64,000 nucleotides of DNA from Patescibacteria group bacterium (lineage in GTDB: Bacteria; Patescibacteriota; Patescibacteriia; UBA2591; JAQWAS01): contig JAQWAS010000004.1 in assembly GCA_028707495.1 (NCBI GenBank), forward strand, positions 3,157-67,156, given 5' to 3'. The notes under the pieces were generated by a model that was not told where the DNA came from, ran no database searches, and worked only from the letters and a program-made list of their open reading frames with translations. Positions 1-9,731 of the stretch are shown piece after piece. Each line of letters opens with the position of its first letter. Positions within the stretch are counted from its first letter, which is position 1. The translations under genes and the position numbers were made by a program.

Positions 1-68
1 CGCTACTCTCCTCGCAATGACAAGGGAGTAAAATGGCAATCCTGTTGTAAATCACGAATGGCAATCTC
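1..68. repeat. Partial palindromic REP/RPE-like element (CTCGCAATGACA right arm; TGGCAATC left-arm ends)
   Basis: ctcgcaatgaca at 11-22 and two tggcaatc motifs match the GTCATTGCGAG...GCAATC/GATTGC...CTCGCAATGAC palindrome family; truncated by the window edge. Confidence 0.55.
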
Positions 69-105
69 GTTATCAAACACACCAAGCGCAAACACTGAAC
101 CACTT

Positions 106-230
106 CTGTCATCCTGAATTTATTTCAGGATCTGTTAGCGCTCAAAACGTCTATGTTAAATAAAACGCTCAACGTGACCACAGATGCTGAAACATCCTCC
201 GATTTGGCGGACTAGAGTTCAGCATGACAG
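106..230. repeat. Composite palindromic element (GTCATCCTGAA...CAGGATCT / AGATGCTGAA...CAGCATGAC), copy 1
   Basis: Two inverted hairpin arms around an AT-rich spacer; homologous copy at 49905-50030 and a half copy at 2950-2976. Confidence 0.85.
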
Positions 231-250
231 AAAAAATAGTGTCATTCCTT

Positions 251-345
251 CCCCTCCTTTTTAAGGAGGGGGTCAGAGGGTGGTTGATCCTATTTTTTTA
301 AATAACTAGAACCACCCCTTTGTCCCCTCCTTGGTAAGGAGAGGA
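251..345. repeat. CCCCTCCTT...AAGGAGGGG double-hairpin palindromic element
   Basis: cccctcctttttaaggaggggg..gggtggtt and aaccacccc..cccctccttggtaaggagagg are mutually inverted arms. Confidence 0.75.
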
Positions 346-375
346 TTTTATTACAGAGCCTTTATTACAAATATT

Positions 376-2820
376 CTACTTATCCCTGATCTCTACTTTA
401 AATCTATTTTTCAAAATATCGACAACTTGTTGATGAATTTTATCCACCTGTTGGCTGGTCAAAGTTTCTTTATCTGATCGATAAACTACATGAAAAGCCA
501 AACTCTTTTTATTTTCTTCAACTCCCTTATTTTGATAAATATCAAACAACTCCACTTTTCTAATCAACGGATTAGTTTTTAAAATCGCCTCCTCAATTTC
601 CTGCCATAAAATATCCTGACTAACTAACATTGAAATATCATAAATTATAGCTGGATATTGAGGCATTTTTTGATATTTAACTTGTTGAGATTTAATTTTT
701 TCTAATTCAGAAAAATTAATTTCAAAGACACCAACAGCTGGTTGAATATTAAAATTATTTAAAATTTGTGGATGAATTTCAGATATATAACCCACCAATT
801 GATTATTAACTAAAATATCTAAAGACATTTTGGGATTTAAATAAACCGGCAAATCTGACTGGCTAATTTTTAACTGATAATCGTAATTTAATTTTGATAA
901 TAAATTTTCAACCACTTCTTTAGTTTTATAAAAAGATTCTGACTCTAAAATTAAACCAGTCAACATTTTTGGCTGATAATTTAAAAATTGTTGATTTGAA
1001 TTATCAATTGGCCACTCCCCTGTTTGTTTTTGAAACACTCGTCCCAATTCAAAAATTCTCATTGCATCATAAAAACGCAAATTTTGTTGAACATTTTTTA
1101 ATAAATTGGGGATTAAACTAGTTCTTAAAAATTGTTGATCTTCAGATAAATAATTAATTAATTTCAAATGTTCGTCCAAATTTAATTTTGTTTTCTGAAT
1201 TAAATTTTGACTGACAAAAGAATAATTATAAATTTCGTTAAAATTAAAACCCTGAGTTAAAATATCTTTAAGCTGACGTTCCATTTTTTTATCATCACTT
1301 TGATAATTAATTTCAATTGATGGCATAACTGGTTGTAAATTATCATAACCATAAATTCGTGTAATTTCTTCAATTAAATCTTCGGCAATGTTAATGTCCT
1401 TAGTTGCCCGCCAACTTGGCACAACCACTGATAATTTATTTTTTAAATTTTTAACTTTAAAACCTAAACTAGTTAAAATTTTAATAACTGTTTCTGTTTT
1501 AATTTTTTGACCAAGGCGTTTAAACAATAAATCTAAATCTAAATCAATAACTTTAATTTGTTTAGAAAAATTAGCTACATCCACAATTGGACTAACCACT
1601 TCGGCCTGAGGAATAATTTGTTGAATTAAAGTTAAAGCGCGTTGCATCCCAATTTCTGCTAAGTTCGGATCAAGTGATTTTTCAAAACGCGCTGATGAAT
1701 CTGACCGCAAACCTAATTGAGTTGATCCACTTCTAATCGTCGCGCCGTCAAAATTAGCTGATTCAATAATAATTTTTGTTGTTTGATCATTAATGCCACT
1801 CCCCTTACCTCCCATAATTCCGGCAATAACCAAAGGTTGTTTTTCGTCGGCAATGACTAAAATTGATTCATCTAATTTTCTTTCTTCTTCGTCTAAGGTT
1901 GTTATTTTTTCTCCCTTTTTAGCTCGACGCACAACTATTTTATTATTTAATTTATCAGCATCAAAAGCATGTAATGGCTGACCTAATTCTTGCAAAACAT
2001 AATTAGTAATATCAACTACATTATTTATTGGTCGTTGACCAATAGCTATTAATTGTTGTTGCAACCAACTTGGTGATGAGGCGATTTTAATATTATCAAC
2101 TATCACCCCCATATAACGTGGGCATAATTTTTTATCTTCAACTTTAATTTCCAATTTTTGAATTCTTGAATTTTCTAATTTTTTAATTTTTGGTGTCTTT
2201 AATTCTACTGGTTTTAATTTTAAATTATATAAAGCTGCGACTTCGCGCGCCATACCATAATGTCCCCATAAATCCGGCCGATTAGTTAATGACTTATTAT
2301 CAATTTCTAAAATAATATCGTCTAGACCCAATGCCCCAGCTAATGACTGACCGATTTTTAAATTGGCATCAGTTAAATCCATAATCGCATGGTCATCGGC
2401 CATTGGAAACATTTCAGCTAAACCGATTTCTGAAGACGCACAAATCATCCCTTGTGATTCTTCGCCCCGAATTTTAACTGGTTCTAAGGTAACCAAATCG
2501 CCTTCTCCATGCCATCTAACTTGCGCGCCAATTAAGGCCACCGCTGTCAACATATTTTCTTTTAAATTTGAACCACCACAGACAATTTTTAAATTTGTCT
2601 TTTGACTTATATCTACCCACGCTAATTTTAATTTATCAGCATTTGGATGCTGTTCAAGTTTGACCACCTTACCTACGACTATTTTATCTAAATCCTGTCC
2701 TATTTTTTTAACTTCCTCAACTTCAACCGTTGACATGGTTAATTTTAAAGCGAGATCTTGTGGTTTAAGATTTTTTGGTAGATCGACAAATTTTTGTAGA
2801 AATTTTAGGGATATATTCAT
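376..2820 (-). CDS. pheT: Phenylalanyl-tRNA synthetase beta subunit
   Basis: HPNADKL, IVCGG, NRPDLWGHYGMAREVAA, VPSWRATKDI motifs; start moved to MNISLKFL (2820) because the ORF-track extension reads through a repeat. Confidence 0.97.
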   Translation of the reverse strand: MNISLKFLQKFVDLPKNLKPQDLALKLTMSTVEVEEVKKIGQDLDKIVVGKVVKLEQHPNADKLKLAWVDISQKTNLKIVCGGSNLKENMLTAVALIGAQVRWHGEGDLVTLEPVKIRGEESQGMICASSEIGLAEMFPMADDHAIMDLTDANLKIGQSLAGALGLDDIILEIDNKSLTNRPDLWGHYGMAREVAALYNLKLKPVELKTPKIKKLENSRIQKLEIKVEDKKLCPRYMGVIVDNIKIASSPSWLQQQLIAIGQRPINNVVDITNYVLQELGQPLHAFDADKLNNKIVVRRAKKGEKITTLDEEERKLDESILVIADEKQPLVIAGIMGGKGSGINDQTTKIIIESANFDGATIRSGSTQLGLRSDSSARFEKSLDPNLAEIGMQRALTLIQQIIPQAEVVSPIVDVANFSKQIKVIDLDLDLLFKRLGQKIKTETVIKILTSLGFKVKNLKNKLSVVVPSWRATKDINIAEDLIEEITRIYGYDNLQPVMPSIEINYQSDDKKMERQLKDILTQGFNFNEIYNYSFVSQNLIQKTKLNLDEHLKLINYLSEDQQFLRTSLIPNLLKNVQQNLRFYDAMRIFELGRVFQKQTGEWPIDNSNQQFLNYQPKMLTGLILESESFYKTKEVVENLLSKLNYDYQLKISQSDLPVYLNPKMSLDILVNNQLVGYISEIHPQILNNFNIQPAVGVFEINFSELEKIKSQQVKYQKMPQYPAIIYDISMLVSQDILWQEIEEAILKTNPLIRKVELFDIYQNKGVEENKKSLAFHVVYRSDKETLTSQQVDKIHQQVVDILKNRFKVEIRDK

Positions 2821-2834
2821 ATTAAAATTATTTT

Positions 2835-2976
2835 TGTCATTCCCACGCAAGCCGGAACCTAAGGTCAAGAACAACAAACTTTTTCTAAAATAAATTATAT
2901 TCAATTTAAAAAGATTTTTTTAAATCAAAGTATTTATTTGATTAACCCTAGATCCTGAATCAAGTTCAGGATGACA
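2835..2976. repeat. Two REP-like half elements between pheS and pheT
   Basis: tgtcattcccacgcaagccggaacc (~2836-2859) and agatcctgaatcaagttcaggatgaca (~2951-2977). Confidence 0.7.
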
Positions 2977-2987
2977 CTTTAAAATTG

Positions 2988-4025
2988 TTAAAATTGTTTA
3001 AGAAAACGTAAATCGCCTGAATTTAATAAACGAATATCATCAATGCCATATTTCATCATCACTAAACGCGTTAAACCTAAACCAAAGGCAAAACCAGAAT
3101 ATTTTTTAGAATCAACACCGGCGTGTTTTAACACGTTTGGATGAACCATACCGCAAGGCAATAATTCCAACCAGCCAGATTGTTTACAGACCGAACAACC
3201 TTTGCCTCCGCAAATTAAACATTGAATATCTAATTCAAATCCTGGTTCAACAAAAGGAAAATAACCTGGTCGCAAACGAATTTTTACTTCTTGTTTAAAA
3301 ATACCTTGTAATAAAACTTTCATTACCGCAATTAAATTGGCAATTGAAATATTTTTATCTATCATTAACCCTTCCATTTGATAAAAAGTATTTTCATGTG
3401 AAGCGTCCATGGCCTCATAACGAAAACAACGTCCTGGGAAAACTCCACGAAAAGGCACACCGTATTTTTTTAAAGCTCGCACCTGCATCGCTGATGTATG
3501 AGTGCGTAATAATAAACGATTATCATTTTTAACCTTATCGCCATTGTCAACAAAAAACGTATCCTGCATATCTCGAGCTGGATGATCAGCGGGGATATTT
3601 AAAGCTTCAAAATTAAAAAATTCTGATTCCAATTCTGGTCCGTCTAAAATTTTAAAACCTAATGATTTAAAAATATCTTCCAATTCATATTGCACAATTG
3701 AATTAGGATGCCAATGCCCTAATTTTTCTTTATCAATTGGATAAGTTAAATCAACGTCTTTTTGATTTAAATTAATTTTATTTTTAAATTCTTGCTGTTT
3801 AATTTCTAATTCTTTTTCAATGAATTGTTTAATTTGATTAGCCAATGGACCAATTTCCTTTTTTTGCTCGACTGATAAATCTTTTAAACCACGTAAAATT
3901 TCAGTTAATTGACCCTGCTTACGACCAAGATATTTTTTTTCTATATTAATTAAATCTATTTCATTTTTTACAAATGAAATATCGTTTAAAAAATCTTGTT
4001 GAATTTTTTCTAATTTTGCTCGCAT
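2988..4025 (-). CDS. pheS: Phenylalanyl-tRNA synthetase alpha subunit
   Basis: HPARDMQDTF, LLRTHTS, RLRPGYFPFVEP, GFAFGLG motifs; likely start MRAKLE at 4025. Confidence 0.98.
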   Translation of the reverse strand: MRAKLEKIQQDFLNDISFVKNEIDLINIEKKYLGRKQGQLTEILRGLKDLSVEQKKEIGPLANQIKQFIEKELEIKQQEFKNKINLNQKDVDLTYPIDKEKLGHWHPNSIVQYELEDIFKSLGFKILDGPELESEFFNFEALNIPADHPARDMQDTFFVDNGDKVKNDNRLLLRTHTSAMQVRALKKYGVPFRGVFPGRCFRYEAMDASHENTFYQMEGLMIDKNISIANLIAVMKVLLQGIFKQEVKIRLRPGYFPFVEPGFELDIQCLICGGKGCSVCKQSGWLELLPCGMVHPNVLKHAGVDSKKYSGFAFGLGLTRLVMMKYGIDDIRLLNSGDLRFLKQF

Positions 4026-4408
4026 AATTGTTGACGTGCCTGACGGCAAATAAAATAAATTTCTAAACTAGTTAAAAATAATAAAAATAAAATAATATTC
4101 CACCAACATAATAATTTGAAACTCTGTAATAATAGTAAAAAAACAATCAATAAACTAAATAAAATTGCTTGCCGAAAAGCTAAAACGACTAATTGCATTG
4201 CTGGTCGATTTCTAATACTTTTAAATCTTAGTAAAACACCCAAAATAGCAAACGTCCCCATGCAACTTAAAAATAGGCTAACATAAAACATACCAAAGCC
4301 CCAAATATCTGTGATTTGTGGATCAATATTAAAAAGAACCAAGCCAAAAGCTGTCCAACAAATTACTGTCGCTACGGCCATTAAAATTAAATATTGTTTC
4401 AGATTCAT
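4010..4408 (-). CDS. Conserved hypothetical membrane protein (about 4 TM)
   Basis: 132-aa ORF with four hydrophobic segments; extended -10 (TGTTATAAT) 7 nt upstream of the ATG. Confidence 0.8.
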   Translation of the reverse strand: MNLKQYLILMAVATVICWTAFGLVLFNIDPQITDIWGFGMFYVSLFLSCMGTFAILGVLLRFKSIRNRPAMQLVVLAFRQAILFSLLIVFLLLLQSFKLLCWWNIILFLLFLTSLEIYFICRQARQQLCEQN

Positions 4409-4503
4409 ATCTTATATTATAACAAATTCTAAAAAATAAAAAAAGCTTTTGAAGCTAATTTTATTTATATTTTTCTTGTTTCAATATTTATAAAATATTT
4501 TTT

Positions 4504-6264
4504 CTAACCCACAAAAATACTCCCCACAGTTTTACAAGTATCTTCAAAAGTTTTGCCTTTGGATAATTTTTGTTTTTTTAATTCAATTTTTTTTATATCT
4601 GCTATAACTTTCTTTAATAATCTATTTACCTGAGAAGCTTCAATTAATTTTTTTAAATTTTCTACATCTCCATCGCCAGCAGCTACTTCAACCTTTAAGA
4701 CACGCAATTTTTGAATTAACTTTACATACTGCTTTCTACTTTCTAAATCTAACTCATCATTGTCAATTCGATCTACCAAATTAGTTAAATTTTCAATTGT
4801 TAATTCCAACTCTTTTTCTTTGTTCGTTTCGGGCGCTGGTGAAGGCTCTTTAAATGAAGAAGGTTGAGGTGACACTAATTCTGGTTCAGGCTGTGGCTGT
4901 GGCTGTGGTTCTGGTTCTGGAGTTGGAGTTGGATCGGAAGTTGGTTCTTTTTTATTTTTTTCATCTAACGCCGGCTCTTTATTGTCAAAATTTTCCCCAT
5001 CTCCACTTTTATTTTTAAAAAGTTGAGTCAATTTCTCTCGATGAAGTCTTGTAAATCTATCTCTTAAATAATCATCACCCAAAGCTTTAAAAATTTTATT
5101 TATATCAACCAATTCCTGTTCTAATTCTTTTTTAAAACGCATCAATTCTTCAATTTTAACATCTTTATCTACTAGACTAATCTTGCCAACTCTGTAATCA
5201 TTTTCCAAGTGGCCAATTTCGGTTTCAATTTTATCTATTTCATCACTAATGTCTGATGACGTAGTACATAAAAAAGTTTCTAAAGAATCAGACATACATG
5301 TTCGATCATTTTCTATCTTATAAACACTATAATAAATGCCTTGCTGAACTTGTTCTTGAAGATCTTTTAAGCGAGCTAAATCTTCATTTAGTTTATCTAA
5401 TTCTCCTTGAGATAATTCTCCTAAATTTTGTTGTTCAATAATACACCCTTTATATCTATCAATATACTTCGTGACTAATTCTTTCATTTCATTTTCCATC
5501 TTCTCCCCTTTTTCTTGAGGCGTTAATTCAGCTTCTCTTTCTAGCTCTTGTTGTGTTGCCTGCTGATTTCGGTCTATTTCTGTTGCCACCTTTCCTAATT
5601 CATCTTCTGCCTGACTCTTTTCTGGCTCAGGATTAACTCCTGAATTATTTTTAACTATCTCTTCCACCCTCTCTTCAGCAGACTCTTTAGCTTCTTCAGA
5701 TTGTCCTTGCATATCTTCATCTAAACTCATAAAATCTGTTTTTAATCTTTGCCACCAAGATTTTTTTTCTGGCGGTTTAGTTGTTTTTTCCTCTAAAGCT
5801 TTCTTTTCTTGATATTCTGTAAAGCCGGCTAATTTTTCTATATCAGCAATGATTTGATTTAGTTTTTCCTGTTTAGATTTTAAAAGTCCCAAACTCAAAG
5901 ATTTTTTATCTGAATCAATTTTATCGTCATTTTCTGTTCTTTCTGTTAAATTATTAATCCTATCTAATTCGCTTTTTAAACGCTCATATAGTGGCATAAA
6001 TGTCCTGACTTCTTTATTTGTTCTGTCGCCTTTAGAATTTTTTACAGATACTTCTGTTTCAATATCACCAAAAAAATCTCCTTGCTCAATTTTTTTACAA
6101 TAAGCTTTTCCCACACAGATCGCATTATCACCAAATCTTCTATCAATATCATCAGCTACTTGCAAATTTTCAACTAAATATTTTGTTATATCGTCACTAC
6201 TATTTTTAATCGCCTCTATTTTTTCAAACTCATCTAATGTTGATGTTTTTTTTTCACCCTCCAT
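4504..6264 (-). CDS. Hypothetical charged coiled-coil protein with Pro-rich linker
   Basis: 586-aa ORF, E/K-rich, PTPTPEPEPQPQPQPEPE linker; no recognisable family. Confidence 0.75.
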   Translation of the reverse strand: MEGEKKTSTLDEFEKIEAIKNSSDDITKYLVENLQVADDIDRRFGDNAICVGKAYCKKIEQGDFFGDIETEVSVKNSKGDRTNKEVRTFMPLYERLKSELDRINNLTERTENDDKIDSDKKSLSLGLLKSKQEKLNQIIADIEKLAGFTEYQEKKALEEKTTKPPEKKSWWQRLKTDFMSLDEDMQGQSEEAKESAEERVEEIVKNNSGVNPEPEKSQAEDELGKVATEIDRNQQATQQELEREAELTPQEKGEKMENEMKELVTKYIDRYKGCIIEQQNLGELSQGELDKLNEDLARLKDLQEQVQQGIYYSVYKIENDRTCMSDSLETFLCTTSSDISDEIDKIETEIGHLENDYRVGKISLVDKDVKIEELMRFKKELEQELVDINKIFKALGDDYLRDRFTRLHREKLTQLFKNKSGDGENFDNKEPALDEKNKKEPTSDPTPTPEPEPQPQPQPEPELVSPQPSSFKEPSPAPETNKEKELELTIENLTNLVDRIDNDELDLESRKQYVKLIQKLRVLKVEVAAGDGDVENLKKLIEASQVNRLLKKVIADIKKIELKKQKLSKGKTFEDTCKTVGSIFVG

Positions 6265-6288
6265 ATAAATAAAATTAAAATATAAATA

Positions 6289-6477
6289 TTATTCTAAATC
6301 TTTTCTAATTTGCTTAATTTTCTTTTTTTCTAAAGCCCGTGCAAAATTATTAATGATTTGATCTTGTTTCTTTTTTAATTGCTCTAAATCTTTTAAAAAG
6401 TCTTTATAAATCGCCCGCATACGATCTATTTTTTCTTGAGCCTGTTGTGGTGTTAAATCCTTTTTATTTTTAATCAT
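6289..6477 (-). CDS. Small hypothetical coiled-coil protein
   Basis: 62-aa ORF downstream of a sigma70-like promoter (TTGACA...TGCTAAGAT, minus strand, ~6498-6527). Confidence 0.7.
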   Translation of the reverse strand: MIKNKKDLTPQQAQEKIDRMRAIYKDFLKDLEQLKKKQDQIINNFARALEKKKIKQIRKDLE

Positions 6478-6536
6478 AAATTTATTTAAACTATTTCTAT
6501 CTTAGCATAAATAAAACGCTTTGTCAAAATTTATTT

Positions 6537-9509
6537 TTATCCTTGGCTATGTTCACAAATGTCCCTGAAATCACAATACTGACACGTGAACTTAGATGGC
6601 GTCGCTGGAAAATGGCTAACTTTAATATCTTGAATAATTTTTAAAATTTTATTTCTTAATTTATCTAGCTCTGCCTGACTGCCTAAAAAAGAAACTGCTT
6701 GATTGTTATTTAAATAATAAAAAGTTAACTTTTTAATTTCATTTTTGAAAATTTGTTGACCAGCCATTTGGTAAATTAAAAGTTGTTCCTTATCTTCAGA
6801 GTTTAAACCTTTGGCGTCTTTGGGACTACCGGTTTTATAATCAATAATTTCAATCTGGCCGTCTCCTAAATCATCAACTCGATCAATTTGCCCTCGCAAG
6901 CTGTATTTATCTAAAGTAAAATTAAAACCAATTTCTAAAAATTTAACTTGCGGTTTTTCCTGTTTAATTTTTTGATAAAAATCTTTTAAAATTTGTTCTC
7001 CCTGTTGAAAGTATTTTTCTTTTTGTTTTTTATCTAAATACCAATCGTCGATCCAATTTTCTTGATAAAGTCTCATTAAATCCCCCAAACTTGGAATTTT
7101 ATTTTCAACTGATTGGTTCTTTTCAAATATGGAGGGTTGTTTTAATTTCTGATCTAAAATCTGTTGGAAAAATTTATACAAAGTCGCATGCATGGTTTTA
7201 CCAAAACTAAAAGTAAACCGCCCGCGAACGGGAATTTTTAAAATATGAGCGAATTTATATTGCAAAGGGCAAGTCTCAAAAGCCTTCAATTGAGTAAAAC
7301 TGAATTTATCCGGTAAGACTTCGATTCTCGTTTTAACTTCGTTTAAACTGCCAGTTTTAATCGATAAATTTTTGTAACGCTGTTTTAAGTTTAAAACTTT
7401 TTCATCTTCAGACGTTAAAACAGGATTGAAATCTAACTCAGTTAAAAAACGTGATATTTTTTTCTTGCGTGTTCCACCATAATCTTCGGCTGAAGTTAAA
7501 AATAAACCTTGTTTAGCCCGCGTCATGGCTACGTAAAATAAACGTCGCTCCTCTTGCAAATGGACATCACCGCTAGGTATAATTTCTTTAACCAAATCGG
7601 TCGGCAACTCAATAGCTTCTGAACGTTCTATACTTGGAAAACGTTTATCAACTAAATTAACAATAAAAACGTATTTAAATTCTAAACCCTTTGAACCGTG
7701 GATAGTCATAATTTTAACCGAGTCTGGACTAGACTGTTCTAGAGAATTATGTAAACTACCCATATCCCCCGCCTCTAAAGCTAAATCGATAAATTCTCGA
7801 AAATTATTGATTGATTTGTCAAGATTAACTCTTTCAAATTCTTCAACTTTTTTCAAAAATTGGTTTAACCAATTTAAACTGTCAAAATTAATTTTGGTTT
7901 CTTGCTGGGTTAAAATTTTTAAATAACCGCTATCTTCCAAAAAACTAAAAATAATTTTACCAACAGATTGGTTGACCGCCAATTGAGTATGTTTTTGAAT
8001 TAAACCCAAAAGCTTGGTAATCGTTTTTAAGCTAGTCTGTTTTAAATTTGATAAACTTGGAGCCTGATTTAAAGCTTCATATAATGACCAATTTTTACGT
8101 CGACTAAAATAAGTTAAAGTATGTAAATCGTCGATGTTAATTTTAAAAACAGGCGAATTTAAAACTCGAAACAAGGCCGAGCTTTCGTGATAGTCATCGA
8201 GCAATCTTAAATAAGCTAAAATATCTAGAATAATCGGTTTTTTATACAAACCCGTTGAGGCTAAAAATTCATGCGGTACTTCAGCCCATTCTAACATTTG
8301 GATAAATAAATCCGCTTGATTATTAGCCCGAACTAAAATAGCACAATCACTCCATTTTAAATCTGGATCTGTTTTTTTAAATTCTAAAATTTGACTAACC
8401 ACCTTTTCAGCTTCATCTTCTTGCGTAGCTAAATGAAAGTGTTTAATTTGGGTTTGATAATCTTGTTGACTAATTAATTTTTTACTAATTTGCATACCAG
8501 CTGTAGTTTGCAACTGTATTTCTAGACGATTGGGATTGTTGAGTTGAATAAAATTGTAGCTTAAATCCAAAATAGGCTGACCAGAACGATAATTTTTAAT
8601 TAAAACTACATTTTGAGCTAACGGGTAATCTTTTTTAAATTGTAAAACATTACTAACTGATGCCCCGCGAAATTTATAAATTGACTGATCATCATCAGCA
8701 CAGACTGTTAAATTGTTGTTAGGTTGAGCTAATAATTTAACCAATTCATATTGAGCATAGTTAGTGTCTTGAAATTCATCGACTAAAATATATTTAAATT
8801 GCTGTTGATATTTTTGTAAAATTAATGGACGTTCTTTAAACAATTTTAAAGTGTAATTAATCAAATCTCCAAAGTCTAAACTGTTATTGTCGAGTAAAAT
8901 TTGTTGATAGGTATGATAAGCATTAGCAACCTCTTGTAAACGACTAACTTCTTGCTTTAAACCTTGGCTTGACATACTCGTGTCCTGATTTAAAATTTGT
9001 TCTTCGCTAAATTTAAGATAATCTGCTGGCGACAAAAGTTCATCTTTACAACGACTAAAATGTTTAATTAAAGCTTGAATAAATTTAGTTGGATTGCCTA
9101 AGGGTTTGTAATAATCTAAATCAAATTTATCTAAATTTTGACGAATTAATAATGATTGATCGGTTTGATTAAGTAATTTGAAATTATCTGGCAAACCAAT
9201 ATCAATTGCATACTGATGTAAAATTCGTTCCCCAAAAGCATGAAAAGTTGACACCCACAAATCAACATAGCCATAAGGTAATAACTTGTCCACTCGCTCC
9301 TCCATCTCGCCAGCTGCTTTGTCAGTAAAAGTCAACGCTAAAATTTGATTAGGTTCAGCTAATTTTTGGTCAATCAACCAAGCAATGCGACGAGTAATCA
9401 CCGTGGTTTTGCCTGTCCCCGCTCCTGCCACAATTAAAAGTGGTCCTTGCTTGTGTTTGACTGCCTGCTCTTGTTCGGGATTTAAATTTTGTAAAATATT
9501 ATCCAGCAT
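6537..9509 (-). CDS. UvrD/PcrA-family SF1 helicase fused to a C-terminal PD-(D/E)XK nuclease with Fe-S staple (AdnAB/AddAB-like)
   Basis: AGAGTGKT, LVDEFQD, EERRLFYVAMTRA; C-terminal SFTQL..FETCP, GQIDRVD, IIDYKTG, CQYCDFRDIC. Confidence 0.92.
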   Translation of the reverse strand: MLDNILQNLNPEQEQAVKHKQGPLLIVAGAGTGKTTVITRRIAWLIDQKLAEPNQILALTFTDKAAGEMEERVDKLLPYGYVDLWVSTFHAFGERILHQYAIDIGLPDNFKLLNQTDQSLLIRQNLDKFDLDYYKPLGNPTKFIQALIKHFSRCKDELLSPADYLKFSEEQILNQDTSMSSQGLKQEVSRLQEVANAYHTYQQILLDNNSLDFGDLINYTLKLFKERPLILQKYQQQFKYILVDEFQDTNYAQYELVKLLAQPNNNLTVCADDDQSIYKFRGASVSNVLQFKKDYPLAQNVVLIKNYRSGQPILDLSYNFIQLNNPNRLEIQLQTTAGMQISKKLISQQDYQTQIKHFHLATQEDEAEKVVSQILEFKKTDPDLKWSDCAILVRANNQADLFIQMLEWAEVPHEFLASTGLYKKPIILDILAYLRLLDDYHESSALFRVLNSPVFKINIDDLHTLTYFSRRKNWSLYEALNQAPSLSNLKQTSLKTITKLLGLIQKHTQLAVNQSVGKIIFSFLEDSGYLKILTQQETKINFDSLNWLNQFLKKVEEFERVNLDKSINNFREFIDLALEAGDMGSLHNSLEQSSPDSVKIMTIHGSKGLEFKYVFIVNLVDKRFPSIERSEAIELPTDLVKEIIPSGDVHLQEERRLFYVAMTRAKQGLFLTSAEDYGGTRKKKISRFLTELDFNPVLTSEDEKVLNLKQRYKNLSIKTGSLNEVKTRIEVLPDKFSFTQLKAFETCPLQYKFAHILKIPVRGRFTFSFGKTMHATLYKFFQQILDQKLKQPSIFEKNQSVENKIPSLGDLMRLYQENWIDDWYLDKKQKEKYFQQGEQILKDFYQKIKQEKPQVKFLEIGFNFTLDKYSLRGQIDRVDDLGDGQIEIIDYKTGSPKDAKGLNSEDKEQLLIYQMAGQQIFKNEIKKLTFYYLNNNQAVSFLGSQAELDKLRNKILKIIQDIKVSHFPATPSKFTCQYCDFRDICEHSQG

Positions 9510-9597
9510 TATTTAAATTAAAGTTATCTTATGTTTATTTTAACTTTTAATTAGTTAAAGGTAAAGCTGTTAACTTTTAAAAATACATTTTAAGCCC

Positions 9598-9650
9598 TGT
9601 GGATAAAAATCTAGCTATACCTCTTGACAAGAAAATAAAATTATGATAGT
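9598..9650 (+). promoter_or_regulatory. DnaA box (TGTGGATAA) plus sigma70 promoter TTGACA...TGATAGT
   Basis: Consensus DnaA box in reverse orientation at 9598-9606; TTGACA at 9624. Confidence 0.6.
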
Positions 9651-9731
9651 ATATATTTAAGGATAAAAATCCTTTTGTTCTTAAAAAAAAATCACAAAAA
9701 AATAGAAAAAAGTCCAACAAAGGAGGACCCA

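Noticed and set aside
1-345. CRISPR array
   Set aside because: The repeats are inverted, heterogeneous and not regularly spaced; no cas genes (the Cas4-like domain belongs to the helicase fusion).
2821-2904. 28-aa N-terminal extension of PheT in the ORF track
   Set aside because: It reads through a REP-like half element (GSGLRGND); PheT homology starts at MNISLKFL.
9675-9731. TTG start for the orphan surface protein
   Set aside because: The strong AAGGAGG SD and the signal peptide point to ATG 9732.
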